This document shows, one piece after another, positions 1 to 9,306 of a DNA stretch of 64,000 nt. Every line of letters starts with the position of its first letter. The stretch's first letter is position 1. Below the pieces are notes generated by a model. The model saw only the letters and a program-made list of their open reading frames with translations, was not told the DNA's origin and searched no databases. Both the position numbers and the translations under genes were made by a program. This stretch comes from Waddlia chondrophila WSU 86-1044 (GTDB lineage Bacteria > Chlamydiota > Chlamydiia > Chlamydiales > CAMCWV01), in assembly GCA_945882915.1 (NCBI GenBank), contig CAMCWV010000004.1, positions 15,643-79,642 of the forward strand. Reading direction: 5' to 3'.

Positions 1-1
1 T

Positions 2-2665
2 GAGAGCTTAAAGAAGCTAGAAGACAAAGTTCTTGTTGCGGCTAGGCGTTTTTTATGGGGAAAGCCTAAACAGGAGGAGCCTAAACAGGAGGAGCCTAAA
101 CAAAATCAGATGGAGCGGCTTAAAGGGTTTCAGAATGCTCTCATTAAAGGAAGAGCTCTTTTCTTGGAAAAAGATGAGGTCAGAGGGCTTGATTTAGGTG
201 GGAAGACGAAGGAGGCTCTCTTTACTTCTCTTGAAGCAAAGCTAAAGGCAGGTGCTTCTGACGCCATCGCTCATGTTTTAGATGGAATGAAGGAGCTGTC
301 TATGTTGGAGCGGGGGGATTTTTTGACAGACTTGCAAGAAAAGTATAGCAACGCTTCTAGCAACGCTTCTTATGACAGGTTTAGAGAGCAGGTTGCTGGG
401 GCGCAACCACGGAATAACCTTGAGAGCTCAGATAAGGTGCTTTTAAGAATATTGAGGGAAAAGGTAAAGGCCCCAACAGGGGAGGGCTCTGTAACGGTTC
501 CTTCTAGCTCCGCTTCCCCTTCCGAATTACCAAGAAAGAGTAAGAAGGGGCGTGATGAAGTCCTGAAAGGTCTTGAAGGTGCATTGAGGACGCCCCCACA
601 AAATGGAAACGAGGCTTTAGATCGTTTAGGAGGTTTGGTGTCTCATTTTGAAGGAGTGCGCCTTACAAAGCCTCTGACAACTATGGGGGAGAACTTGGAA
701 GGTGTAAAAGCCTCTCTGAATGCTTTTGCAGTCATTGCTGTTAATCAGCTTAAAGACCCAGCAATGACCCCTTCGCAGAAGCTGCAGCTCAGAAACGATT
801 GGAACGAAAAGCTTGCTGCGGTGCAAGCGGCTATTGCTCCAGCTGGAAAATCTGAGGACACTAGGGAAGTTGAGAAAGTGTTCACCGATTTGTTTGAAGG
901 GGTAGATGCCCTAATGCAAGCGGGGTTTAAAGAGCATATTAAAGAGGTGGCTGTGGCTCAGCAGCAAGCTGTTGCTAGTCGTGTTGCCGTTATAGCAGGA
1001 ACAGTAGGTGAAATTTTAAAGCATGAATTAGCTCGAGAGGCCTCTAAGGCTGTTAAAGATCGGGCGGTTGCTGCCCGGTGCGAAGCGTACCACGAAAGAA
1101 CGTATGGACTCGCTAGGGATATATTCTGTCAGAAGGGTTTTAAAGGGGCCTTTACTCTTAATAAATTAGAGGCATCTGTACACACTTGGCAAATGGATGC
1201 CCAAGCGATTGGGAATGCAGTCAAGGCTCATGATCCAGCAGCTGCGCCTCAATCAGTATTAAGACTTCCGCCGCAGCTTGCAGCTCAAAAGATGGCGTGG
1301 ACGACGAGTCGTGAAGAAGGCGCCGGGATCGCAAGAGATGTTTTTTCTAAAATATTAGTGGGAGGCTCTCGCTCTGGAGAGGAAGCTCTTTTAAATGAGC
1401 TTATTCAGGTTGAGTCGGGGGCGGCACAAACGTGTTGGACGCGGGCTGTTCAGAGTATGAGCGCGCCACCTGTGGAGGTCGAAAAGGCTTTTAATGAGGC
1501 TATGCAGGCTCCCTCTTTAGCAAGTGCCCGCAAGATGCGAGTAGCCGTTGATGAGACGCTGGCTGCTAAACAGGCGGAGGCAGCAGCACTTAAAGCTGTG
1601 CGCGGCGGCGTTATTAGTGCTGTTATTGAGAGGAAAGGGACTTTCGGTATTGGGAGTAAGTATGACCTTAGCGAAGAAACTCGCAAACAGTTAGCCACTC
1701 TTCAGGAGCAGCTTAAGGAGAATCAGGGAATGCTTGCTAGCCATGAGCGCGACCTAAACTTAGAGCAGGAGGGCATAGTGGCGGAAATGAGCGGGATCCT
1801 CGTTAGCGACAGGGGGCTTCCCACAGCAGCTGCTAGCCTATTAATGCAGTTTGGTGAAAGGATAGCCACTGCAGAATTGCAGATTGCTCGTCTGCGTGAG
1901 ATGGGGGATGCCTTCCTGAAGGAAGAACCAAGCTGGAGAGGGGCGTCCCCTAGCACACAACTGCTTGATGTGGCTATTCCTAAAAGTAAGGCTGAAACGG
2001 ATGCTGAGGAGAAGTTGGCGACAGCTAGTAGAGAAATAGTGGCGGAGGCCAAAAAAGAAGCAGCAGCCGTTGAAGCGCTTACTTTAGAGCTGATTAACGT
2101 CATTGCTCATACGAAGTTGGCAGATGACGCCAAGGTCGATGTATTTGAAGGGATAGGTGATAAAGAGATGCAGGCACTGGCTGCGGAGTTTATGAAGAGG
2201 GAGTCAACGGCTAATGGGCCTTTTGCTGAGGAGCTTGCAGAAAAGGCTCTTGAGTTTCTTAAGGGGAAGGTCAAAGTTCAAATGGCAGCGAATTTCCTTA
2301 AAGAAGCTGAGTCGAAAAAGGCTTTAGCCGATGGAGAGGCCTATCAAGGGAAAGATCCATTTCCAGAGACTCTTAAGATGCCTTTAGGCGATGTGATTAT
2401 CGCGATGCGTCAAGAGCTTTTAAATGGGGTTGAAAGCGACTCTCTTAGAGAGTATTTAACAAAACAAAGCAAGCCTTTAAAGTACTCTTCTGAGCAGAGG
2501 CGAATAGATGCTGAATATACAGCTGGCGCCCTGAAATATGCGGGCGAGGTGCTAAACGCTTATGTCGATCAGAGTGAAAGACGGTGGGTAAGTGCGATGA
2601 GTAGGGCAGTAAAATCTACGTCGAGACCCCTCCCCCGGATCAGCGTGGATAATAGCGCGGTATAG
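2..2665 (+). CDS. C-terminal portion of a large Ala/Glu/Lys-rich, probably coiled-coil protein of unknown function (5' end outside window)
   Basis: The track ORF begins at M110. Hand translation of 2-109 in the same frame (ESLKKLEDKVLVAARRFLWGKPKQEEPKQEEPKQNQ) has no stop, so the frame is open to the window edge. No catalytic or membrane motif recognised. Confidence 0.55.
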   Translation, partial: ESLKKLEDKVLVAARRFLWGKPKQEEPKQEEPKQNQMERLKGFQNALIKGRALFLEKDEVRGLDLGGKTKEALFTSLEAKLKAGASDAIAHVLDGMKELSMLERGDFLTDLQEKYSNASSNASYDRFREQVAGAQPRNNLESSDKVLLRILREKVKAPTGEGSVTVPSSSASPSELPRKSKKGRDEVLKGLEGALRTPPQNGNEALDRLGGLVSHFEGVRLTKPLTTMGENLEGVKASLNAFAVIAVNQLKDPAMTPSQKLQLRNDWNEKLAAVQAAIAPAGKSEDTREVEKVFTDLFEGVDALMQAGFKEHIKEVAVAQQQAVASRVAVIAGTVGEILKHELAREASKAVKDRAVAARCEAYHERTYGLARDIFCQKGFKGAFTLNKLEASVHTWQMDAQAIGNAVKAHDPAAAPQSVLRLPPQLAAQKMAWTTSREEGAGIARDVFSKILVGGSRSGEEALLNELIQVESGAAQTCWTRAVQSMSAPPVEVEKAFNEAMQAPSLASARKMRVAVDETLAAKQAEAAALKAVRGGVISAVIERKGTFGIGSKYDLSEETRKQLATLQEQLKENQGMLASHERDLNLEQEGIVAEMSGILVSDRGLPTAAASLLMQFGERIATAELQIARLREMGDAFLKEEPSWRGASPSTQLLDVAIPKSKAETDAEEKLATASREIVAEAKKEAAAVEALTLELINVIAHTKLADDAKVDVFEGIGDKEMQALAAEFMKRESTANGPFAEELAEKALEFLKGKVKVQMAANFLKEAESKKALADGEAYQGKDPFPETLKMPLGDVIIAMRQELLNGVESDSLREYLTKQSKPLKYSSEQRRIDAEYTAGALKYAGEVLNAYVDQSERRWVSAMSRAVKSTSRPLPRISVDNSAV
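65..102 (+). repeat. In-frame 15-bp tandem repeat cctaaacaggaggag x2.5 (encodes PKQEE-PKQEE-PKQ)
   Basis: Read directly: units at 65-79 and 80-94, partial unit at 95-102. Confidence 0.8.
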
Positions 2666-2672
2666 AGCTCTG

Positions 2673-2880
2673 CTGTAGGAGCCGAGCGAAGCGAGGCTCT
2701 TTGGAGTGCTGGGACTTGTCCTAGCTTTGTTAGGCCTCGACATGTCGAGGCCGTACGACGTAGTAGATTACAAAACTTTGTTGTAATAAAGACACTTATA
2801 CGACCTCGACATGTCGAGGTCTAACAAAGCTAGGACGAGTCCCAGCACTCCAAAGAGCCTCGCTTCGCTCGCTCCTACAG
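2673..2880. repeat. Family A nested palindromic element, copy A1
   Basis: ~78-bp inverted arms (ctgtaggagccgagcgaagcgaggctctttggagtgctgggacttgtcctagctttgttagg... and its reverse complement). Each arm ends in a perfect 20-bp palindrome (ggcctcgacatgtcgaggcc; gacctcgacatgtcgaggtc). Homologous copies at 35388-35568 and 43832-44019. Confidence 0.9.
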
Positions 2881-2900
2881 CACCGGCCGCTAACGTTTAT

Positions 2901-4727
2901 TTATTCAACGGTGACTGATTTGGCGAGGTTGCGGGGTTGGTCAATTTCGGTGCCGCGCTCTTTTGCGATGTAGTAGGCAAGAAGCTGCGTGGCCACTGTC
3001 GCAGGGATGGGGGCGAGCTCGTCGATTGTTCGTGGAACATGGATAAGGTCGTTTGCAATGGAATCAAGCCCTTCAGCCCCTTCGGGAGCAATCGCAATAA
3101 CCATTCCGCTTCGCGCCTTTACTTCCATCAAATTGCTTAACGTTTTTTCGTAGGTCAGCATGTCCCCGCAAAGGGCAATGGTGGGGCATTTTTCATTGAT
3201 AAGGGCAATAGGTCCATGCTTCAACTCTCCGGCAGGATAGCCGTTGGCGTTGATGTAGGAGATCTCTTTTAGCTTTAAGGCTCCTTCAAGACTCGCTGGA
3301 TACATGTAGCGGCGTCCCAAGAAGAAGAAATTGTCGTACTTCGCGTACTTCTTTGCTATTTTTTCGATTGCAGGGGCCTGCTCAAGAACCTTTTGCACTT
3401 GTTCGGGTAGGTTTCTAAGGGCGGCAATGAACTGCTGTCCTTTGGATTTGCTCATGCTGCGCATTCTGGCCATGAGGACGGTGAAAAGAGAGAGGACGAT
3501 GAGCTGGCTAGTGAAGGCTTTGGTCGAGCATACGCCAATCTCAGGTCCTGCATGGAGGAAAAGGCAGCTGCTGGCTTCTCTAGCAAGTGTTGAGCCTTGT
3601 ACGTTGCAAATCCCAAGGACCTTTGCCCCTTTGGCTTTGAGCTCGCGCATTGCTGCGATAGTGTCGGCAGTTTCCCCCGACTGGCTAATGGCAATTGCCA
3701 AAGTCCCCTCAGGGACGATGGGGTTCTTGTAGCGCAGCTCTGAGGCGATTTCTACTTGCGTGGGGATCCGTGCAAGGTCTTCGAGCATGTAAGCGGCGAC
3801 ATTTCCTGCGTGCCATGAGGTGCCGCAAGCAACGATAAGGATCTTTTTTACACCAAGTAGCTCTTCTTCTTCGAACTTTAACCCTTCGAGAGAGATCGTT
3901 CCGTAATCTTCAACAAAGCGTGAAAGGAGTGCGTTGCGAATTGTTTGAGGCTGCTCAAAGATCTCTTTTAGCGTGTAGTGCTCGTAGCTTCCTTTGGAGA
4001 TGTCAGAGATAGAAGTGTCGATGGAAGAGGTCTTTCTCATGACCTGCGCGCACGTTTGGTCAAAGATTTGCAGGCTGTCTGCTTTGACGATAGCAACTTC
4101 GCCCGCTTCTAAGAACAAAACTTCTCTTGTGTGGACGAGGAAGGCATTGCTGTCAGAAGAGATGAAAGTCTCGCCGTTGCCAACGCCAATGGCTATGGGG
4201 CACTCTTTAGCAGTAACAATGATTTGGTCAGGGTGAGACTTGTGGATGATGGCAAGAGCGTAGGCCCCTTTAAGCATCGGCACTACTTGTTGAATCGCTT
4301 TGAGAAGGTCCCCTTGATAGAGGCTTTGGATAAGGTGGGCAACCACTTCGGTGTCGGTCTCTGAGCGGAAGTTGACCCCATTTTTTTGGAGCATCTTCCG
4401 AAGGCTGTCATGGTTTTCGATGATCCCGTTGTGGACGATCGCCAGCGAGTGATCCATGTTAAAGTGCGGGTGGGCGTTCACTTGATTGGGCTTGCCATGT
4501 GTCGCCCATCTGGTATGGGCGATGGCGATATCAAGTGAGAGGTTGGTTCCTTGAATGAGTTTTTCTAGCTTAGAAACCTTTCCTTCTTCTTTGCAATAAG
4601 CGATCTTCCCCTGAAAGACTCCAGCAATACCTGCGGAGTCATAGCCGCGGTATTCGAGCTTCTTTAGTCCGGCAAGAGCTACGTCAACTGAATTTTGAGC
4701 CCCAATGTATCCAAATATGCCACACAT
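2901..4727 (-). CDS. glmS: Glutamine--fructose-6-phosphate aminotransferase
   Basis: 608 aa. N-terminal MCGIFGY (Ntn amidotransferase Cys), SIS-domain body, C-terminal AKSVTVE typical of GlmS. Lies 13 nt downstream of glmM on the same strand. Confidence 0.97.
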   Translation of the reverse strand: MCGIFGYIGAQNSVDVALAGLKKLEYRGYDSAGIAGVFQGKIAYCKEEGKVSKLEKLIQGTNLSLDIAIAHTRWATHGKPNQVNAHPHFNMDHSLAIVHNGIIENHDSLRKMLQKNGVNFRSETDTEVVAHLIQSLYQGDLLKAIQQVVPMLKGAYALAIIHKSHPDQIIVTAKECPIAIGVGNGETFISSDSNAFLVHTREVLFLEAGEVAIVKADSLQIFDQTCAQVMRKTSSIDTSISDISKGSYEHYTLKEIFEQPQTIRNALLSRFVEDYGTISLEGLKFEEEELLGVKKILIVACGTSWHAGNVAAYMLEDLARIPTQVEIASELRYKNPIVPEGTLAIAISQSGETADTIAAMRELKAKGAKVLGICNVQGSTLAREASSCLFLHAGPEIGVCSTKAFTSQLIVLSLFTVLMARMRSMSKSKGQQFIAALRNLPEQVQKVLEQAPAIEKIAKKYAKYDNFFFLGRRYMYPASLEGALKLKEISYINANGYPAGELKHGPIALINEKCPTIALCGDMLTYEKTLSNLMEVKARSGMVIAIAPEGAEGLDSIANDLIHVPRTIDELAPIPATVATQLLAYYIAKERGTEIDQPRNLAKSVTVE

Positions 4728-4740
4728 GTTTCAAACTCCT

Positions 4741-6135
4741 TTACGAACCGATGTGCTGTGAGATGGCCTGCCCAAGTGTTTGAGCTAGCTGCATCACTTG
4801 CTTTTGTTTTTGCCCTTCAACCATGACTCGGCAGATCATTTCTGTTCCAGAATAGCGGACGAGTACTCTGCCGTTGTCAGCAAGTGCGTTCTCAACGCTT
4901 GCAATTGCATCTTTAATGCCAGGGATTTCGTCGATAGGTGGTTTAGACTTCACTTTGAGGTTAAGGAGCGTTTGTGGATAGCGCTTAACAACTGAGGCAA
5001 GATCCGAGAGTTTCGATTCGGTCTCGATCATGATGCGCATGACTTGCAACGCGCTGACAATTCCGTCGCCTGTTGTGTTGTGATTGAGGAAGATCAGGTG
5101 GCCGCTTTGCTCGCCGCCAATGTTCGCGTTGTGCTTAATCATGTCTTGAATGACGTATCTATCGCCAACTTGGGATTGAACGACTTGGATGTCTTGAGAT
5201 TTTAAGAACTTAATCAAGCCGAAGTTGCTCATGACGGTTGTGACAACGGTATTGTTGCTTAAGAGCCCTTGTCTCTTCATGTCGTGGGCGCAAATGGCAA
5301 GGATCGTGTCACCATCAACAATTTGAGCGTTCTCGTCGACCATGATGACCCTATCAGCATCGCCATCAAGAGCAATCCCGATATCTGCTCTGTGCTCAAT
5401 AACACTTTTTTGTACGAGCTCGGGGTGGAGGGATCCGCATTCTTTGTTGATATTGAGACCATCCGGAGAGCTTCCATACAGATGGACAGTGGCGTCTAGC
5501 TCTCGGAAGACGTGAGGTGCTACTCGGTAGCCTGAGCCATGCGCGCAGTCGAGAACGACGGTGAGGCTTCTGAGGGTGAGCCTCCGAGGAAAGGTCGCTT
5601 TGCAAAATTCGATATAGCGGCCATCGGCATCATCGATCTTGGTGTTCTTTCCAAGAGCGTGGTCAGGGGGGAGGCTGCCCTCGAAGTCGTTGTTTGCGAT
5701 GAGTGTTTCAATTTCCCTTTCCATAGAGTCAGAAAGTTTGAACCCTTCAGAAGAGAAGAACTTGATGCCGTTGTCGTGGTAGGCGTTGTGGGATGCAGAG
5801 ATGACAATACCGGCATCGGCTCTGTAGGCTCTGGTGATGAAGGCAACGCCTGGCGTTGGGAGCGGGCCAACCATTAGGGTGTCAACGCCCATAGAGCAAA
5901 GGCCGGCGATGAGGGCGTTTTCGAAGACGTAGCAGGAGAGGCGAGTATCTTTGCCGATAACAACGCGGCTTTTATGATTTTGGCGCTGGAAGACTTTTCC
6001 TGCAGCCCTGCCCAAAGCAAGGGCGATTTCTGGGGTCATGGGGTAGCGGTTAGCGTGGCCGCGCACACCATCAGTTCCAAAAAGTTTTTTTACGTGGTTG
6101 TTTGCAGGAGGAGCGCTTGTTGTATTTGGGGCCAT
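4741..6135 (-). CDS. glmM: Phosphoglucosamine mutase
   Basis: 464 aa. Has GTDGVRG near the N-terminus and the phosphoserine loop SASHNAYHDNGIKFF of the phosphohexomutase family. Confidence 0.96.
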   Translation of the reverse strand: MAPNTTSAPPANNHVKKLFGTDGVRGHANRYPMTPEIALALGRAAGKVFQRQNHKSRVVIGKDTRLSCYVFENALIAGLCSMGVDTLMVGPLPTPGVAFITRAYRADAGIVISASHNAYHDNGIKFFSSEGFKLSDSMEREIETLIANNDFEGSLPPDHALGKNTKIDDADGRYIEFCKATFPRRLTLRSLTVVLDCAHGSGYRVAPHVFRELDATVHLYGSSPDGLNINKECGSLHPELVQKSVIEHRADIGIALDGDADRVIMVDENAQIVDGDTILAICAHDMKRQGLLSNNTVVTTVMSNFGLIKFLKSQDIQVVQSQVGDRYVIQDMIKHNANIGGEQSGHLIFLNHNTTGDGIVSALQVMRIMIETESKLSDLASVVKRYPQTLLNLKVKSKPPIDEIPGIKDAIASVENALADNGRVLVRYSGTEMICRVMVEGQKQKQVMQLAQTLGQAISQHIGS

Positions 6136-6229
6136 TATTCTGTCCTAAGGTTCATTCGAATGGGCGGTAGTGTAGCAAAAACTCCCGTTTTATACGAGTA
6201 AAGCTTCTTTGCTTGCAAGAGGCACAGGG

Positions 6230-6280
6230 AAATACAAGAACAGGATAGGCAAGATCAGCCTTCGGCTGTCAGGATAAAAA
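6230..6280. repeat. Family E repeat core, copy E2
   Basis: aaatacaagaacaggataggcaagatcagccttcggctgtcaggataaaaa aligns with 48612-48663 (aaatacaagaacaggatgggcaggagccgcctcacggcgggcaggataaaaa). Both contain a central hairpin with a different stem sequence. Confidence 0.55.
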
Positions 6281-6386
6281 GTAAACTTTTAGTGGGAGCT
6301 GCTGCTAGCTATCTGCCTACCTTGACTTTTTAGAAAATTTGATGCATGCTATTTACTTTTTATCACCTAACCAGTAGTTATTTCGC

Positions 6387-7640
6387 TTGCAATTAAAAAT
6401 CTATAACGCCGACGAACATCGCATTCAACACACTCATATCGATCCTGATGCCTTATACGTCGTGATGAGGCTTCAAGAGGCAGGCTTTATCGCTTACCTC
6501 GTAGGAGGCAGCGTGCGGGACCTTTTGATGGACAAAACTCCAAAAGATTTCGATCTTTCGACCTCTGCGCGTCCCGAACAAATCAAGAAGCTGTTTCGCA
6601 ATTGCATCCTCATCGGAAGGCGCTTTCCGCTAGCTCATGTTCGCTTTGGAAAAAAGATCATAGAAGTGGCGACCTTTCGGGCAGGGGACAACAACGATAG
6701 CGGGTTGATTTTGCATGATGCTATATGGGGAACTCCCGAGCAAGACGTGCTCCGCCGAGACTTTACCGTTAATGGCCTTTTCTACGACCCTAGCTCGAAG
6801 ACAGTCATCGATTATGTAGGCGGGTGCGACGACATTATTAAACGACGGCTCCACACAATCGGCGATCCTAAAGTCCGCTTTAAACAAGATCCTGTTCGCA
6901 TGATCCGCCTCTCTAAATTTCATGCGCGCCTTGGCTTTGAGATCGAACGTGCAACAAATGAGGCTTTAATCGAGTGTCGCGAGGAGATCCTTAAAAGTTC
7001 TTCAGCAAGGATCTTAGAGCAGATATTCACAATGTTAGAGTCGGGTGCTGCCGAGCCTTTCTTCCGTCACATGCAAGAGTGCGGGCTTCTTGGTTTGCTG
7101 TTTCCCCGCCTTGCAGAGTGTTTAGCAGAAGATATTGGAGAGCAGATCTACGGGTGCTTGCGCGCGGCAGACTCTTTGATTCAACAAGGGCATCGGCCTG
7201 CGCTTTCTAGAGATGTGCTTGCTTCGTGTTTGCTGTATCCCATTCTCGATAAAAAGATACAAGAGCTCTTGAAAAAGGAAGGGACTAAGCCGGCTCATGT
7301 TGGGGACATTTTTACGATGGCCTATGATGTTGTCCAAGAAATCATGACAGAGGCTTTTTCTCATTTCCCTAGAAGAATGCGAAGTGCTATTGCCTACATC
7401 CTTGGGACCCAATATAGACTCATTCCTACCGGAGGGCGCGCGCCAAGACGCGCTCGCTTTGTTCGGCAAAGAGAGTTTTCTTTAGCGTTACAGTTCTTCG
7501 AGATTCGAACGGTATTAGACGAGCATCTTAGGCCGCTTTATCACACATGGAAGGATCTGGCAAGCGAGCAGAAAAAGCTGCGCCGCTCCAAAGATGACGA
7601 GGGTAATGGCGAGCCTGAGGAGAGCTCTTTTAGCGAATAA
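6387..7640 (+). CDS. pcnB: Poly(A) polymerase I family nucleotidyltransferase
   Basis: 417 aa from TTG. Head domain LVGGSVRDLLMDKTPKDFDLST. LIGRRFPLAHV fits the [LIV][LIV]G[RK][RK]Fx[LIV]h[HQL][LIV] signature reported to separate bacterial PAPs from CCA-adding enzymes. Start codon uncertain. Confidence 0.82.
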   Translation: MQLKIYNADEHRIQHTHIDPDALYVVMRLQEAGFIAYLVGGSVRDLLMDKTPKDFDLSTSARPEQIKKLFRNCILIGRRFPLAHVRFGKKIIEVATFRAGDNNDSGLILHDAIWGTPEQDVLRRDFTVNGLFYDPSSKTVIDYVGGCDDIIKRRLHTIGDPKVRFKQDPVRMIRLSKFHARLGFEIERATNEALIECREEILKSSSARILEQIFTMLESGAAEPFFRHMQECGLLGLLFPRLAECLAEDIGEQIYGCLRAADSLIQQGHRPALSRDVLASCLLYPILDKKIQELLKKEGTKPAHVGDIFTMAYDVVQEIMTEAFSHFPRRMRSAIAYILGTQYRLIPTGGRAPRRARFVRQREFSLALQFFEIRTVLDEHLRPLYHTWKDLASEQKKLRRSKDDEGNGEPEESSFSE

Positions 7641-7672
7641 TTAAGGGTCCTATAACTTTTTGAGGATGTGCT

Positions 7673-8482
7673 GTGAAGACACCTGTTGTAACAAGCTCTG
7701 AGCTGAAGACTCCTTGGGGATCTTCCATTCACTACGCAGGTCCAGGTCTTATGGCAGGTCTTATAGAACAGCCGCCTTTGCCAGCGTTTTTCTATTTTTC
7801 GCTCTCTGGACAGGCAAGCTTGACCCTAGACCCCTACAATCAGCCCGTAGCTTTTTTGCTAAAACAAAGCCAGCTATTAAATCGGCCAGTCCGTTGTTAT
7901 TCTCTGAATCTTCCCGGGCATGGAGAGCCAAAGTCATTTGAAGGGGCCATGAAGTTTTGGGCCTCTTCTTTTGCTAAAGAAGACATTATTCAGCTCTTTG
8001 TTAAAGAGGCTATAGAGTCCATTAGCTATCTGATTGATCAAGGGTATGTTGACCATAAACGTATTGCAGTAGGGGGGCTTTCTAGAGGGGGATTTGCCGC
8101 GTTGCATCTAGCAGCAGCAGATCCGCGCATTGGATCTGTGCTCGCTTTCGCGCCGCTACTTGATCTGGGGGTCGTCTCTGAATTTAAAGAGATTAAAGAC
8201 TCTCCGCTTGTTTGCGCGAGCTCTGCAGATCATTTGGTAGAGAAGCTCGTGAATCGGAATGTTCGACTCTATATTGGCAATCGAGATACGTGCGTTGGGA
8301 CAGAGCCTGCCTTTCGATTTATCCAGAAGCTTGCAGAGGCTGCTTATCACTCAAAGCCATCGGTCCGCTCTCCAAAGGCAGAGTTAATTATTGGCCCTTC
8401 TGTTGGGCATCAGGGGCATGGGACGCTTCCCCATGTATTCTTGGATGGAGCTGAGTGGATTATTAACATATACTCCTCGTAG
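7673..8482 (+). CDS. Alpha/beta-fold hydrolase (esterase/dienelactone-hydrolase-like), substrate unknown
   Basis: 269 aa from GTG. Nucleophile elbow GGLSRGG and C-terminal HQGHG. The last codons and stop (atatactcctcgtag) lie inside repeat D1. Confidence 0.6.
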   Translation: MKTPVVTSSELKTPWGSSIHYAGPGLMAGLIEQPPLPAFFYFSLSGQASLTLDPYNQPVAFLLKQSQLLNRPVRCYSLNLPGHGEPKSFEGAMKFWASSFAKEDIIQLFVKEAIESISYLIDQGYVDHKRIAVGGLSRGGFAALHLAAADPRIGSVLAFAPLLDLGVVSEFKEIKDSPLVCASSADHLVEKLVNRNVRLYIGNRDTCVGTEPAFRFIQKLAEAAYHSKPSVRSPKAELIIGPSVGHQGHGTLPHVFLDGAEWIINIYSS

Positions 8483-8540
8483 CTGAAAATGGGAATTTGG
8501 CGCCGTCCAAGTTCCCATTTTCAACTAAGAGAAGTATAAT
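8468..8540. repeat. Family D hairpin element, copy D1 (short variant)
   Basis: atatactcctcgtagctgaaaatgggaatttgg ... ccaagttcccattttcaactaagagaagtataat. Homologous to 35263-35360, 38482-38555 and the half copy at 27775-27804. Confidence 0.85.
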
Positions 8541-8567
8541 AAAATTATAACGCTGTGTTGTTTTGCT

Positions 8568-9305
8568 ATGGCACCTACTACTATTCTGACTAGCCCGCTG
8601 ACCTATTCTGTTATTATTCCCGTAAAGAATGAAGAGGAGAATATTGAGCCTCTTCTTCAAGAGATTGAGCCTGTCATGAAGGCTTTTGGGAAGGAGTGGG
8701 AGCTTATTTGTATTGATGATGGCTCAACAGATGGCAGCTTAAAGGTGCTTAAGGAGCTGGCAAAGACAAGGCCCTATCTTAGACTGATCGTCTTCAGTAA
8801 GAATTGTGGGCAGTCCAGCGCATTTGATGCAGGCTTTAAGGCGGCGCGTGGCGCTTATATCATCACGCTTGATGCGGATGGGCAAAACGACCCTGCAGAC
8901 ATCCCCAAGCTTGTAGAGGCAATAAAAGATTGTGACATGGTTGTGGGGTGGCGCCTTAATCGCAAAGACACGTTAAGCAAGAGGATCACTTCTCGCCTCG
9001 CAAATCTTGTGAGGAGCCGCTATTGCCACGATGGACTGCACGATACGGGCTGCTCCTTGAAGATCTACCGTGCCGAGTGTGTTAGGAAGATTAAATTGTA
9101 TCACGGCACCCACCGCTTCCTAGGCTCCCTTTTCTGTATCGAGGGGTTCCGTATCAAAGAAGTGGTAGTGAATCATCGTGAACGGACAAAGGGGCAAAGT
9201 AAATACCACTTTTTCAACCGATCCCTCTCTCCTTTCGTGGATATGCTAGCTGTCCATTGGATGTCGAAGCGGCGCCTGCGCTATGAAATAAAAGAGCAAT
9301 TATAA
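8568..9305 (+). CDS. Family 2 glycosyltransferase (polyprenyl-phosphate sugar transferase, ArnC/DPM1-like)
   Basis: 245 aa. GT-A motifs SVIIPVKNEEENI, DDGSTDGS and DADGQNDP (DXD). Confidence 0.85.
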   Translation: MAPTTILTSPLTYSVIIPVKNEEENIEPLLQEIEPVMKAFGKEWELICIDDGSTDGSLKVLKELAKTRPYLRLIVFSKNCGQSSAFDAGFKAARGAYIITLDADGQNDPADIPKLVEAIKDCDMVVGWRLNRKDTLSKRITSRLANLVRSRYCHDGLHDTGCSLKIYRAECVRKIKLYHGTHRFLGSLFCIEGFRIKEVVVNHRERTKGQSKYHFFNRSLSPFVDMLAVHWMSKRRLRYEIKEQL

Positions 9306-9306
9306 A

